DNA of 64,000 nt, from positions 108,005 to 172,004 of the forward strand of contig JAZJZC010000001.1 in the NCBI GenBank assembly GCA_040390045.1. The letters run 5' to 3'. Source of the DNA: Patescibacteria group bacterium. GTDB lineage: Bacteria > Patescibacteriota > Minisyncoccia > Phycocordibacterales > SIBU01. A program made the position numbers and the translations under genes. Below, piece by piece: positions 8,965 to 20,052 of this stretch. The stretch's first letter is position 1. Each line of letters starts with the position of its first letter. A model generated the notes under the pieces. That model had not been told where the DNA came from and searched no databases. It was given only the letters and a program-made list of their open reading frames with translations.

Positions 8965-10230
8965 CTAGTTACGGAGAGACTTGCCAGCAATAGTAATTGC
9001 ATCTCCGACACCAGCTTCACCGCTTGTTATAGATTCTATCATATTTTGGAAAGCGGCCCGTGAATTTGAGGAGTTTGGATCAACCCAGGCTTTGGCGCGC
9101 AGTGCAGAATTATAAAAAATTGCTTGATATGGATCTTTCGGATCAGCAACAAGCATGGAGCGTCGAACTGGTGGAAGTCCAGTCCGTGAACTTAAAAGAT
9201 TGATGGTGTCGGGAGCTGTCATGGCAATTAGCAACGAAACTGCACTTGCCTGGTTTTGGGAACTTTTAAGAACTGCTAAACCTTGCATTTTTCCAAAGGT
9301 CGTCAATATTGAAGCGCCTTTTGGTTGAGGGAAATAGGTTACATCAAAATTGAGATTGGAGTTTCGATCACGAATTTTAGACATCTCCGAAGCGAACCCA
9401 AAATAAAAGGCTAAATCTCCTGAGGCAAACATGTCGCGAGAATTGATCAAAGCCCTATTCCAAGAGTAGTCGGGTTTTAATGGATTAGCAAAATCAGTAT
9501 AAAAATTAACAGCTCCAATAGTAGCTAAGGTTGGCGAAAGAGCGCCCATTAAGCCATCTGGACCGTACTGAGTAATGGGGCTACCTGCCTGGAGCAAGAT
9601 GGCTGAAATTATTTCAAACGCATTTGTAATGTTTTTAAATTCCCCTAAAGCAACTCCGCTTTTCAGTATGTTTGAATTGGCATCCTTAACTGACAGTCGT
9701 GGAACGAGTGTAATAAATTGATCCCACGTTTTTGGAGGAAGGGATTCACCAATATTGGTCAAGGAATCTCGGTTCCAATACATGACGAGCGGATCTACTG
9801 TGAACGGTAACGCAACAACACCTTCGCTATCTATATACAACTCAGCCTCCTGAATAAAAGTGTCTTTGAAATCCCTCAGAGGCATTATGTTGTAGGAAAA
9901 TGGCAGAATTTTGTCTCTATATTTAATAATTTTATCCTGTGGGAGCAAAATTGCGTCAGGTCCTACCCCTGAAGCCAAAGCTTCGATCAAATCCTGGTCA
10001 AAAGCTGCTTCAATTTTTTGTATATACTCAATTTTATAACCATTAGTACCTAACGTTAAATTTGATACAGAGTCGTTGAAAGCGGCAGTGTCCATTGTTC
10101 CCCAAATAACAACAGTCACGCTGTTGACACTACCATTTTTTGCTTTCGTGAGAGCAAGAACGATCACACCGCCGACTAAGGCGATAATAAAGATAGCGGT
10201 GAGTACGACTTGGAATGGGCTGGCTTTCAT
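8965..10230 (-). CDS. extracellular solute-binding protein (sugar ABC family 1-like)
   Basis: N-terminal TM, ALASGVGPD, ALPFTVDPLVMYWNRD, PPKTWD. Confidence 0.8.
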   Translation of the reverse strand: MKASPFQVVLTAIFIIALVGGVIVLALTKAKNGSVNSVTVVIWGTMDTAAFNDSVSNLTLGTNGYKIEYIQKIEAAFDQDLIEALASGVGPDAILLPQDKIIKYRDKILPFSYNIMPLRDFKDTFIQEAELYIDSEGVVALPFTVDPLVMYWNRDSLTNIGESLPPKTWDQFITLVPRLSVKDANSNILKSGVALGEFKNITNAFEIISAILLQAGSPITQYGPDGLMGALSPTLATIGAVNFYTDFANPLKPDYSWNRALINSRDMFASGDLAFYFGFASEMSKIRDRNSNLNFDVTYFPQPKGASILTTFGKMQGLAVLKSSQNQASAVSLLIAMTAPDTINLLSSRTGLPPVRRSMLVADPKDPYQAIFYNSALRAKAWVDPNSSNSRAAFQNMIESITSGEAGVGDAITIAGKSLRN

Positions 10231-10333
10231 AATGATACGAAATTATTATACGAAAATACGAAATGTATACGAAAATTATGTTCCACTGTTATAATTTTTA
10301 TACTAGCTCCAACGTCCATGTAAATATAGCATA

Positions 10334-10858
10334 TTATCGTATAAAAATTAAGCCGTAGTGGTGCTCCCCTGCTGAAATTTCCCGCTGGAAAACAAATCCG
10401 GCCTTTTCAAAAAGCGCCCGAGCCATGTCAGAGGAAAAAACGTGTTCCTTTTGCGGGCCCATGCCACCAAACGACTCCTTCCAATCAACAACGAGGACAC
10501 GACCTTTTGGTTTTAAAATTCTTTTTACTTCAAATGGGAAATCGGTTTTGTGTTCTAACTGAAAAAGCGTATTGCATACCAACACGTCGTCCACAGAAGA
10601 ATCTGCCAATCGTGTACCACCAAGCTTTTCGACATTACCCAAAAGCGCTTCTACATTTGTGAGACTACTTCGTCGCGCCTCGTTTTTAAGTTTTTCCAAT
10701 AAGTCTTTTAAAACGTCCACAGCGTAGACCTTGCCTTTGTCGCCTACTGCTCGTGCGGCAGCCATAGTATAAAAACCGGCACCCGAGCCGAGGTCGGCTA
10801 CGGAAGTTCCGGGTTCAAGTCTCAATTGCTCTATATTTTTTTGTGGGTCAGAGAACAA
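10334..10858 (-). CDS. class I SAM-dependent methyltransferase
   Basis: VADLGSGAG motif I; RILKPKGRVLVVDW. Confidence 0.85.
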   Translation of the reverse strand: MFSDPQKNIEQLRLEPGTSVADLGSGAGFYTMAAARAVGDKGKVYAVDVLKDLLEKLKNEARRSSLTNVEALLGNVEKLGGTRLADSSVDDVLVCNTLFQLEHKTDFPFEVKRILKPKGRVLVVDWKESFGGMGPQKEHVFSSDMARALFEKAGFVFQREISAGEHHYGLIFIR

Positions 10859-10941
10859 GGTTTCTAATTATTAGTTGTAAGTCTTAAATATAAGAGAAAT
10901 TATACCGCTCTCAAAACCGAAAAGCTAGTGACACTCGGGGG

Positions 10942-11658
10942 TTATTTGCCGATTTTAAGTTCACCAAACAACCGGTACATCCCGATAAGTTCTTTCGTCA
11001 CAATAGCAGGGATTTTTTTCAGATAAAAAATATTGGTTTTTCCGCTCTGGCGCCTAAAATGATTAACTGGCACCTCGATTATTTTTGCGCCCGCAAGGTT
11101 TACTCGTATCACAAACTCAGCATTAAAAAACTGAAGATACGATACTTTTTGAGCAACGTCGTCCAAAAAACTTTTTTTAATAAGTCTAAAACCAGTATCC
11201 ATGTCCTCAAAAGAAACCTTGAATATCCTGCGTAACAAAAAATTATATCCTTTTGAGAGTACTGATCTTAGCGCACCGTCCTTTCTGTCGATTTTCTTTC
11301 CTAGAATAACATCATAGCGATCAGCGTACTCCCATAATTTCCAGAAATCTTTTGGGTCAAATTGGCTATCAGAATCAACGAGAAAAACCCACTCATACCG
11401 AGGGTATTTCAAAGAATCTTTAATGGCTTGAAGATACCCCTTTCTCTTTTCACTTAAGTATACTCGTATCGATAGTTCACTCTCCAAATCTTTAAGTATC
11501 CGTTTGGTGTCATCCGTACTTCCATCCTCCACGGCAATTATTTCAAAATTAAGTTTACCTTTTAGTTCGTTGTAATATGAATGAATTGTTTTAGCAATTA
11601 TGTACTCTTCATTGTATACAGGAAAAACAAATGATACGCTTCTGGTTTGTAAATTCAT
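10942..11658 (-). CDS. glycosyltransferase family 2 (Dol-P-Man synthase-like)
   Basis: FPVYNEE, EDGSTDDT, VDSDSQ, DMDTGFRL. Confidence 0.9.
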   Translation of the reverse strand: MNLQTRSVSFVFPVYNEEYIIAKTIHSYYNELKGKLNFEIIAVEDGSTDDTKRILKDLESELSIRVYLSEKRKGYLQAIKDSLKYPRYEWVFLVDSDSQFDPKDFWKLWEYADRYDVILGKKIDRKDGALRSVLSKGYNFLLRRIFKVSFEDMDTGFRLIKKSFLDDVAQKVSYLQFFNAEFVIRVNLAGAKIIEVPVNHFRRQSGKTNIFYLKKIPAIVTKELIGMYRLFGELKIGK

Positions 11659-11748
11659 AATTCCGCATTATATCAGATATTTTATTCGAGTGAATAGCGA
11701 TAAAAATCTTGGAAATTAATTAAATGCTATAATTATTTTGCAATTCAA

Positions 11749-13218
11749 ATGAACGCTGTAAAACAAATTTTAACGAACCGAAAAATCATACTAAAGTGTG
11801 TTATCTGGTTTCTTATTATTGCATCGAGTGTCGCCATCTATGAACCATATCTCTCAAGCGGTTGGTCTTCGAACGAATCCCCGCGTTTTGAAGGCTGGGC
11901 GTTTTTTCATTACTATTTGGGAGCAAAATATTTTGGGGAAGTGGGTTATTTCGATTTCTACCAATGCGCTATAGAAGCTGGAGGAAAAACTGTTGGGTGG
12001 TCAGATGAGACCATAACTCGAGATTTGCGAACCTACAATCTCCTGCCCTCAAAAGACGTTCCTGCTTGTCATCGTGAACGATTTTCGGAAGCCCGTTGGC
12101 TAGAATATAAAAATGATGTAGCTTGGATTATCAAAGAAGGTGACCAGCAAAATCATCTTCCAAATCTAGACCTAGTTACCGACAAGGGTTTCAACCCAAC
12201 ACCTTTTTGGTCTGTGGTGGCAGGAGATCTTGCAAATGCATTTCCTTCCCAAAAAGGCTTGGCCTTAACCTTACTCATGATGGTAGACTTTTTGGTCTTT
12301 GTCTTTTCGATTGCATTCATACGCTGGAAGGAAGGAGACACACTGGCAATACTAACGGCCTTACTAACTCTTTTTTACTTCGGCGCATTTCATTCTCTTG
12401 GTGGACAATTTTTGCAGTATATTTGGTTTTTATGCATTATCGTTAGTACTGTTTTATGGCGCGCGAAAAAACCTTTCTCAAGTGGTGTATTAATGGGACT
12501 TGCGATAGGGATTCGGTCATTTCCGTTATTTTTTGCTGCGCCAATGTTTTGTGTCGCTTTTTATTCGCTCATCAAAAAGCAAAAAAATATACCTGTAATA
12601 ATTTTTTGCGCTGGTTGCATAACAGCAATGCTCATGTGTTTTATTATTGGAAGCACGTCAACAAGAGGAGTGAGCGCCTGGCAGGAATGGAGCGAGAAGA
12701 TATCCGTCCACGAGAAATATTTGCGTGGAGAAATTTTTGAGATTGGACTTCCGAATTTGATAAGTACGATTGCTTCAGAAGAAAATGGAAATGCGTCAAA
12801 TTACCTTGAAGATTTTCCACATACGCTTCTACGTATTGCACGTTTTGAAAAATTTATTTTCTTATATTACGCTCTGGCCGGAACTCTTCTTGCTTTGTGG
12901 GCGTGGTTGCTTTGGAAAAATAGATCTCTGGAGGTTTTTGGATATGGGTTTATACCTCTCTATGTGCTTACCTCTCTTTCCCCCATTTACTATCTTTCTC
13001 TAGCACTTTTACCCTGCATGTTTGGGGGGGCACCAATACGAATTCGTAACTATGCCGTTGGCGGGACTTTATTACTTATGGTGGCTCACCTTCCTTTTCT
13101 GCTCAGTGGTTATATAACCTTCAATTATTACGATCATCTTATCAGTGGCATATTGATTTTCCTCTTTTTCATCGGAATGGTATATGTATGGCACAAGGAA
13201 GAATCATTGGCGCCTTAA
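11749..13218 (+). CDS. multi-TM membrane protein, probable GT-C type glycosyltransferase
   Basis: Hydrophobic profile, large extracytoplasmic loop, context next to GT2. Confidence 0.55.
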   Translation: MNAVKQILTNRKIILKCVIWFLIIASSVAIYEPYLSSGWSSNESPRFEGWAFFHYYLGAKYFGEVGYFDFYQCAIEAGGKTVGWSDETITRDLRTYNLLPSKDVPACHRERFSEARWLEYKNDVAWIIKEGDQQNHLPNLDLVTDKGFNPTPFWSVVAGDLANAFPSQKGLALTLLMMVDFLVFVFSIAFIRWKEGDTLAILTALLTLFYFGAFHSLGGQFLQYIWFLCIIVSTVLWRAKKPFSSGVLMGLAIGIRSFPLFFAAPMFCVAFYSLIKKQKNIPVIIFCAGCITAMLMCFIIGSTSTRGVSAWQEWSEKISVHEKYLRGEIFEIGLPNLISTIASEENGNASNYLEDFPHTLLRIARFEKFIFLYYALAGTLLALWAWLLWKNRSLEVFGYGFIPLYVLTSLSPIYYLSLALLPCMFGGAPIRIRNYAVGGTLLLMVAHLPFLLSGYITFNYYDHLISGILIFLFFIGMVYVWHKEESLAP

Positions 13219-14154
13219 AACAACGTCGATATATTTTGTCTTGACAAAAGTTTCTTGAATCGCATCCTCGAAAGGCGTTTGAGTGACACCAAACACCTTT
13301 TTTGTATCAACACCTTTGAAATCGTCCCCTGCCACTAATGCTGTGAGCTGCTGAACAGTAAATGGTGGTTTTTGAACAAACAACGCGCATATCTGCAACA
13401 TAAAACCAAAAAATACAATTGGGATGTGTATAATTTTTGTAGATAATTTTTTGGCGCGAATAATTGCAAAAATAATATCTTGGTAATCGATGCGAGTGTC
13501 ACCGACGATATCAAACACCTGATTATTAAACTCGGGCTTCAGAGACCGCACAAGACATCGACAAAAATCTTTAACATACAGTGGCTGTCGCAAAAACTTT
13601 CCGTTGCCAGGAATAGGAAAAATCGGAGTTTTTTCCATAAAACGTGACAACCAACCTAAGTGTTTTGGGTCAAATGGGCCAAACATCAACGTTGGCCGTA
13701 ACACCGTATATCGGAGACCGCTTCTAAGCACTCCTGCTTCTTGAATTTTTTTGGCGTTTGTGTAATCATCGGTTGCAACAGAATTGACCACCGAAGAACT
13801 GACATGAATGAGACGCGGGACACTAAATTTTCTGCATGCATTGAGCACACTGTATGTGGTGTCAATCGTGTTACGTTTAAATTGCTCCGAATGCGTACTT
13901 GTAATTTGTGCCTGCAACTGAATAACTACGTCTACACCCTCAAGCGTCCGCTCCCAAAAATCAGAAGAAATAGCTAAATCTGCCTCAACAACATCCACTT
14001 CCGGATGTAACCTGTGGAGTATCGACAAATTATAGGCACTCTTATCTATAACAACAAAACGAGTGTATCTTTCTGATTTTAATTCGAAGAGAAGATTTTG
14101 CCCAACAAATCCTGCCCCTCCAGTTATCGCAATTTTTATATTTTTATTGTTCAT
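13204..14154 (-). CDS. NAD-dependent epimerase/dehydratase (SDR family)
   Basis: ITGGAGFVG, YTNAK, LRPTLMFGP. Confidence 0.85.
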   Translation of the reverse strand: MNNKNIKIAITGGAGFVGQNLLFELKSERYTRFVVIDKSAYNLSILHRLHPEVDVVEADLAISSDFWERTLEGVDVVIQLQAQITSTHSEQFKRNTIDTTYSVLNACRKFSVPRLIHVSSSVVNSVATDDYTNAKKIQEAGVLRSGLRYTVLRPTLMFGPFDPKHLGWLSRFMEKTPIFPIPGNGKFLRQPLYVKDFCRCLVRSLKPEFNNQVFDIVGDTRIDYQDIIFAIIRAKKLSTKIIHIPIVFFGFMLQICALFVQKPPFTVQQLTALVAGDDFKGVDTKKVFGVTQTPFEDAIQETFVKTKYIDVVLRRQ

Positions 14155-14164
14155 ACTAGTGAGG

Positions 14165-15448
14165 CTACTTCCGATAGATACTTTGTATATTTGGATATAG
14201 TCCGTCAAGCCAAATTCGTTGGTAGAATATCTTAGAGAAAAAAACAAAAAAATATAAAAATAATAAAAAATTTATTATTTCATCTATATACAATAAGTTT
14301 TGTGACCATCGACTGAGCCATACGCTAAAGATAACCCCAAGCAAAACGGCCGAGGCGGAAATACTGTATTTTCCAGCATCTTTGATCCAAATTAAAAGTT
14401 GTGGCACTAAAAAAATTAAAAAAATTAATCGATAGTCATAATTTCTACCAAGGATATAGGTACCAAGATATATTCCTGCCCCAACAAGAAAACCGGCACT
14501 AACAACTCTTCCACGTTGGGAATTTTCAAATTCCACTGCGGTTCCAAAATAGCTGCGTCTCCTAAATATAGAAAAAATCAAAACCAGCAGTGATGATAGG
14601 GTTAAAAATTCGATAAAAAAACCTACTTTTGATGTTAGAACATGCTCAATGATATCGAAGCTGACGCTAATTCCGTACGTAAAATAATTACCGATAGTTG
14701 GAAGAACTTGAACTATACGCTGAATGTCATTAAAGATTACGAATAGGTACAACAAGAAAGTGAAAAAAACACTTATAAAAATAAGCGTTCCTCTTTTTCC
14801 TTTCTCCTTCAACACAACAACAAGCGCCATTATTGGATATAATTTTAATACAGCAGCTAAAAACAAAACGACGTAACCAAAAACATTAGTTTTCTTCTGT
14901 ACGCTACTTATAGAAAACGTAGCCAAGGCCAAAAGAGAAAATATAATGAGATCATTATTACCCCGTTCAACCGCAAGCAAAACAGACGGGGAAAGCAAAA
15001 TTAAAAGATACACAATCACTTCCGGTATATTTATAAAGCCAATTATAAAATAAGCACTGGTAAAAAAAAGTATTCCCGAAAGGATTCCTAAAAAGACTGT
15101 GTGCGACTGATCTATCTGGAGTGGGGCCAGCGCCATCCATATGCGAGGATAATCAAATGGCCGCTTCCACGGATCGCATGGATTTGCGATGAGTACATCA
15201 TGTCCAGAACGATTGCACTCAAGAGCGCTCGTAGTTTGTCTTGTGTCTGCAAACAACGAACCGTTAGCTAATTCACCCGGTTTTTGCCAAAACAAAATAT
15301 AATACGGCATGAAAAAACTTGAGACAAACACCGTCAAAAAATAAAGGCCCGTGAGAAAAAATAATATCTTGCGACAATCAAATGACTGATTTTTTGCCAC
15401 CCGAGAAATACTACTACTGTTGAGAAACTGAAAAGGTGGTGTGGTCAC
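14165..15448 (-). CDS. GT87-like membrane glycosyltransferase
   Basis: FDYPRIW, ERGNNDLIIF, LKLYP, NYDYRLIF motifs; multi-TM. Confidence 0.7.
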   Translation of the reverse strand: MTTPPFQFLNSSSISRVAKNQSFDCRKILFFLTGLYFLTVFVSSFFMPYYILFWQKPGELANGSLFADTRQTTSALECNRSGHDVLIANPCDPWKRPFDYPRIWMALAPLQIDQSHTVFLGILSGILFFTSAYFIIGFINIPEVIVYLLILLSPSVLLAVERGNNDLIIFSLLALATFSISSVQKKTNVFGYVVLFLAAVLKLYPIMALVVVLKEKGKRGTLIFISVFFTFLLYLFVIFNDIQRIVQVLPTIGNYFTYGISVSFDIIEHVLTSKVGFFIEFLTLSSLLVLIFSIFRRRSYFGTAVEFENSQRGRVVSAGFLVGAGIYLGTYILGRNYDYRLIFLIFLVPQLLIWIKDAGKYSISASAVLLGVIFSVWLSRWSQNLLYIDEIINFLLFLYFFVFFSKIFYQRIWLDGLYPNIQSIYRK

Positions 15449-15460
15449 AAAACAAAAATG

Positions 15461-17926
15461 TTACAAACAAGTAAGTGACGCGATGGCATCACCTTCGCGG
15501 AGTTTCATAATGCGAACGCCCTGAGTCTGGCGGCCAATGACAGGAATTTCTTTGATATCAACACGGATGACCTGACTTTTTTTGGAAATGGCAATCACCT
15601 CTTCGATTTCAGTTTCATCGATCACTTTTGAGGCGATGAGTACGCCAGTTTTTGGAGTAATCTTGGCGGTCTTGATGCCCGATCCTCCGCGCTTTTGCAC
15701 TTTATATTCTGAGAGATCAGTTTTCTTACCATAACCATTTTCCATGATGACAAGCAGTGATGGTTCTTTGTGACTTTTCTTAATGATGTCAGCGCCAACA
15801 AGCATGTCGCCTTTTCCGAGTCGAACAACACGAACTCCGCCGGCATTTCTGCCCATTTCTCTCACATCATTTTCTTTAAAACGAATTGATTGACCCTTGC
15901 TGGTGACGACAATACAATCATCCCCCTTCTCAACAAACGAAGCGGAAATCAATTGATCGCCCGGCTGAAGTTTAATAGCAATCAAACCACTGCGTCTGAC
16001 ATCGTGGAAACTTTTTGCGGCCACTTTTTTGCCAACGCCAGATTTTGTAACCATCATAAGAGACAGGGTTGATTGTTTAACTTCTTTCGGCATCGCCAAA
16101 ATGCTCGTAACTTTTTCGTCATCAGAAAGTGAGATGAAGTTTACAATGGATTTTCCTCGCGTGGCGCGTTTACCTTCTGGAATTTCATACATTTTCACTT
16201 GGTAGGCCTTGCCTTTATCGGTAAAGAACAACAAATCACTGTGGGTTGTGGTCGTCAAAAACATCGTCACAAAATCTTCTTCCTTAGTATCAAGATCAAC
16301 CACGCCAACTCCTCCGCGTTTCTGTTTGCGATATTCTTCTGGATCGGTGCGCTTAATGTAACCGCCCTTGGTGAGCACCAAAACGCTTTCCGCGTCGGGA
16401 ATTAAATCTTCTTCGGAAAACGTGCCCGCGCCGGCCTTGATAATTTTGGTGCGGCGTTCGTCGCCATACTTGGCTTTGATTTCGTTCAACTCATCTTTAA
16501 TAATTGAAAGAATTTTCTTTGGGCTGGCCAAAATAGCTTTGAGAATTTCGATGAGTTCTTGGATCGCTTTGAGTTCATCTTCGATTTTCTTGCGTTCAAG
16601 GCCGGCGAGACGTGAGAGTTTCATTTCCAAAATGGCGGTGGCCTGACGGTCAGAGAATTTAAATTGCTTCATCAAGTTGGCGTGAGCTTCGGGAGTGTCT
16701 TTCGACTTTTTGATGAGTTTGATAATTTCATCAATGTGATCCAGCGCTTTTTTCAGACCGATCAAAATGTGCTCGCGTTCTTCCGCTTTTCGTAAATCAA
16801 ATTCGGTGCGGCGTCGCACGACGATCACCCGATGCGCCACGAATTCCTCGAGGATGGATTTCAGTGACAAAGTTTGAGGAATACCGTCAACAAGCGCAAC
16901 CACGTTGAAGTGAAAAGCTTCTTCGAGCTGAGTGTGTTTGTATAAAAAGTTTAAAACTTTTTCTGGATAGGCTCCCTGCTTGAGATCAATCACCACGCGA
17001 ATGTCTTTTGAGGATTCATCGCGAAGACCCTTGATGCCTTCGATTTTTTTGTCGCGAACCAAGTCGGCAATGCGCATGATGAGTTCAGCTTTGTTGACGC
17101 GATACGGAATTGAGGTAATGACAATTTGAAAAGTTCCAGATTTTGATTCGATAATTTCTGCAATACCTCGAGTTACGACGCCACCGCGGCCTGAGCCGTA
17201 GGCGTGCATTAAATCTTTGGCGCCGAAGACCACGCCGCCCGTTGGAAAATCGGGGCCTTTAACAAACTGTAATAAATCTTCGGTTGTGGCACTTTTATTA
17301 TCGATAAGATGTGTTGTCGCATCAACCACTTCGCCGAGATTGTGCGGTGGGATGTTGGTGGCCATACCGACAGCAATTCCCAATGTGCCGTTGAGCAAAA
17401 GACTTGGAACGACTGAAGGTAACACTATCGGTTCTTGTTTGGTGTTGTCATAGTTTGGACGGAAATCAACAGTTTCTTTTTCGATGTCACGAAGAAGTTC
17501 TGAAGAAATTTTAGACATGCGAGCTTCAGTGTATCGGTGCGCAGCTGCTGGATCGCCGTCGATTGAACCAAAGTTTCCCTGGCCAATGATCAGCGGGTAT
17601 CTCATCGAAAAATCCTGAACCATTTTTACCATTGTGTCGTACACTGCAATGTCGCCGTGAGGGTGATAGTTACCGAGTACTTCTCCAACCACGGTGGCGG
17701 ATTTTCTAAATTTGGCAGACGAAGTGAGACCCATCTGGTTCATGGCGAAGAGAATGCGGCGGTGCACTGGTTTTAATCCATCACGAACATCAGGAAGGGC
17801 TCGAGAGGTAATAACCGACATGGCGTAGTCGAGATACGACTCGCGCATTTCAGTGGAAATGTTGCGGGAAACTACGTTTACATGAGGGGCTTTTTCCTCG
17901 TTTTTTGGTTCTTTCTTGTCGGGCAT
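15461..17926 (-). CDS. gyrA: DNA gyrase subunit A
   Basis: [28 protein letters not shown], GyrA box QKRGGVG. Confidence 0.98.
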   Translation of the reverse strand: MPDKKEPKNEEKAPHVNVVSRNISTEMRESYLDYAMSVITSRALPDVRDGLKPVHRRILFAMNQMGLTSSAKFRKSATVVGEVLGNYHPHGDIAVYDTMVKMVQDFSMRYPLIIGQGNFGSIDGDPAAAHRYTEARMSKISSELLRDIEKETVDFRPNYDNTKQEPIVLPSVVPSLLLNGTLGIAVGMATNIPPHNLGEVVDATTHLIDNKSATTEDLLQFVKGPDFPTGGVVFGAKDLMHAYGSGRGGVVTRGIAEIIESKSGTFQIVITSIPYRVNKAELIMRIADLVRDKKIEGIKGLRDESSKDIRVVIDLKQGAYPEKVLNFLYKHTQLEEAFHFNVVALVDGIPQTLSLKSILEEFVAHRVIVVRRRTEFDLRKAEEREHILIGLKKALDHIDEIIKLIKKSKDTPEAHANLMKQFKFSDRQATAILEMKLSRLAGLERKKIEDELKAIQELIEILKAILASPKKILSIIKDELNEIKAKYGDERRTKIIKAGAGTFSEEDLIPDAESVLVLTKGGYIKRTDPEEYRKQKRGGVGVVDLDTKEEDFVTMFLTTTTHSDLLFFTDKGKAYQVKMYEIPEGKRATRGKSIVNFISLSDDEKVTSILAMPKEVKQSTLSLMMVTKSGVGKKVAAKSFHDVRRSGLIAIKLQPGDQLISASFVEKGDDCIVVTSKGQSIRFKENDVREMGRNAGGVRVVRLGKGDMLVGADIIKKSHKEPSLLVIMENGYGKKTDLSEYKVQKRGGSGIKTAKITPKTGVLIASKVIDETEIEEVIAISKKSQVIRVDIKEIPVIGRQTQGVRIMKLREGDAIASLTCL

Positions 17927-18030
17927 TGTGGGGCAATTTTAACAGAAAATGAATAAAAAGTGAAGTCCTTCAATACGAAAAGGCGGGTATACGAAAATAC
18001 GAAATTTTACGAAAACTTTGTGGTGTGTTT

Positions 18031-18309
18031 TCAATATTTTTGGTCGGGAGAAGTTGTAGCATCACCTGCAAACATCTCGCTACCCAACTTTTTTATGACC
18101 GTGAAAAAACTAGAAATATTTGATGCGATTTCACTAATTGGACCGGACTGTTCTTCCTCCAATGACTGTACTGGCTGGTCGAAACTGAAATTAAAAGTGC
18201 TGACCCAAATCAAAAAAATCAAACCAGTGATTGACGTGGTAACAATGAGCAAAAAACGCTTCCGGTAGGCGAGAGGTTTCTTTCTCAATTGTTCTATGTA
18301 GTCGAACAT
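18031..18309 (-). CDS. small single-TM hypothetical protein
   Basis: 92-aa ORF co-oriented with its neighbours; basic N-terminus then a TM segment. Confidence 0.65.
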   Translation of the reverse strand: MFDYIEQLRKKPLAYRKRFLLIVTTSITGLIFLIWVSTFNFSFDQPVQSLEEEQSGPISEIASNISSFFTVIKKLGSEMFAGDATTSPDQKY

Positions 18310-18417
18310 ATAAATATGAACTTGTTTATGAAAATACGAAATAATACGAAAACTCTCGTTACATAGAAAAAATTTTTGTATGTTTTCGTATTTTCGTACC
18401 CATTTCGTATGTTCGTA

Positions 18418-19068
18418 TTAAACCTGTGCCTCCAAAACAATCGCCTCGCCCTCTTTGCCCTCCAAATCTTTTTTCTTGAGCGTCAATTTATCTACCGGTT
18501 TAATTCCCTCTTCTCCGGCTTCTTTCAAAAATAACTTAAGATTTTTATCCTGAGCATTTTCGTAGTGGGTAGGAATAATAATTTTCGGTTCTAGTTTTAC
18601 TGCAAGCTCATAGGCCAGAGATGGACTCAAAACTCCTTCGCCACCAATTGGCACAAACAAAACATCAATATCATCGAGTGCTTCTTTGGTTTCCGCGGAT
18701 AAATCTTTAGAATCAAGCGCACCGAGGAAACAAAGATTCATGCCTTCCAACGATAGACTATATATAGTATTGAGTCGCGATTCGCCTGAGCCGGCCTTGA
18801 GCCCGTAGTGGGATTCACCTTTAAATCCTTTTATAAAAATTCCTTTAATTTCATATTCGCCAGGACCGGTAATAGCAAACGGCGCGCGATCGCCATGAGT
18901 GACTGCTTCAACACCGTTGAAATCTGGATCGTTTAAGGAAATCAAAGCGATGTCGGCACCAAATCGAGAAACTTTACGCTTTGAATCTTTCGAAATCGGG
19001 TTGACCGCGATCACGGTGTCGCCGAATTGAATCTTGAAGGCTTCGAGGCCTAGGTATGTGATTATCAT
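18418..19068 (-). CDS. metallo-beta-lactamase-fold hydrolase (Lactamase_B_3-like; His motif degenerate)
   Basis: GPGEYEIKG, DVLFVPIGG, PKIIIPTHY. Confidence 0.8.
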   Translation of the reverse strand: MIITYLGLEAFKIQFGDTVIAVNPISKDSKRKVSRFGADIALISLNDPDFNGVEAVTHGDRAPFAITGPGEYEIKGIFIKGFKGESHYGLKAGSGESRLNTIYSLSLEGMNLCFLGALDSKDLSAETKEALDDIDVLFVPIGGEGVLSPSLAYELAVKLEPKIIIPTHYENAQDKNLKLFLKEAGEEGIKPVDKLTLKKKDLEGKEGEAIVLEAQV

Positions 19069-19215
19069 AAAAATAAGCTGAAAGCTTATAGCTGTTAGCT
19101 GATAGGAAGAGGACTCAAGTATAACAGAACGGAAAAAAGATTAAAGCCCCCAATCATTGACAACTCCCAACAAATAAACTAGTTTTTGATTAGAAATAAT
19201 GCGAAAGAAAGACCT

Positions 19216-19698
19216 ATGAAAAGCGATACAATACTGATCACGAACCTTTGCTCCGTAATAATCCAAGTTCCTGGGGCAATTATGACCGCCTCGCCCCACG
19301 CCTTAGTCTTGTTTCAAAGGCCATACCAAGGAGAGCCACTGACGCGTGGAGAAAATTGCATCCGAGGATTTGGCACTGAAAAGGCAGAGTGGATTTTTGA
19401 CAGGACGCTTGCCTGCGGCTACGGTGACTATCAAATCTTCGATCCGCAAGGCGACGATTCTCACTACAAATGGATCACTCTGGCCTTCGCTGACGGGACA
19501 ACAGTAAAGTTGCAGAGGATGCAAGATGATCAGGATCTAGTAATCTTACGGCACGAGAATTATGAGCACGCAACGCGTAATGTGTTGCCGCGGCTTGTGC
19601 GAAAATTCTGGCACCAATCAGGAAACTTCCCCGTCAGGAACTGGCTCAGGTTTGCGGATCTTCCTCCGTTGACTCCGCCGATCGAATCGGCCGATTAA
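19216..19698 (+). CDS. hypothetical protein (orphan with its own promoter and terminator)
   Basis: TTGACA at 19158; hairpin CGAGACACAA..TTGTGTCTCG after the stop. Confidence 0.55.
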   Translation: MKSDTILITNLCSVIIQVPGAIMTASPHALVLFQRPYQGEPLTRGENCIRGFGTEKAEWIFDRTLACGYGDYQIFDPQGDDSHYKWITLAFADGTTVKLQRMQDDQDLVILRHENYEHATRNVLPRLVRKFWHQSGNFPVRNWLRFADLPPLTPPIESAD

Positions 19699-19857
19699 AG
19701 CACGATGTTCACTTCCGAGACACAACCTTTTGTGTCTCGTTTTATTTTGCAAAATCAGGAAAACTTTTAACTTGAGAAACGCTCCGGTTATTGCCATTGG
19801 AGCGTTTCTCTGTATAATACCCCCATGCCTGTTCGCCAGATTGCGGATGCATAATTG

Positions 19858-19981
19858 AGAACTAATTAAATAGCCTCCAGATGCGAGGCGCCAGCGAGGA
19901 TTGCGACCAAAATGTATTCATATACATTGCGGGAGCAAACGGAGCTGGCAACAAAGCAGATGGGGTTATTTTATTAGTTCT
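19858..19981. mobile_element. MITE-like palindromic element in the rpsA leader
   Basis: Terminal inverted repeats AGAACTAATTAAATAGCC / GGTTATTTTATTAGTTCT; internal CAGATGCGAGGCGCC...GGCAACAAAGCAGATG. Confidence 0.55.
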
Positions 19982-20052
19982 TGGGCATTTAATAGAAAGA
20001 GTGTGAGCTAACCTTAGACAAAGTGTCTGAGCCTCGCATTCACCATTAAAAA

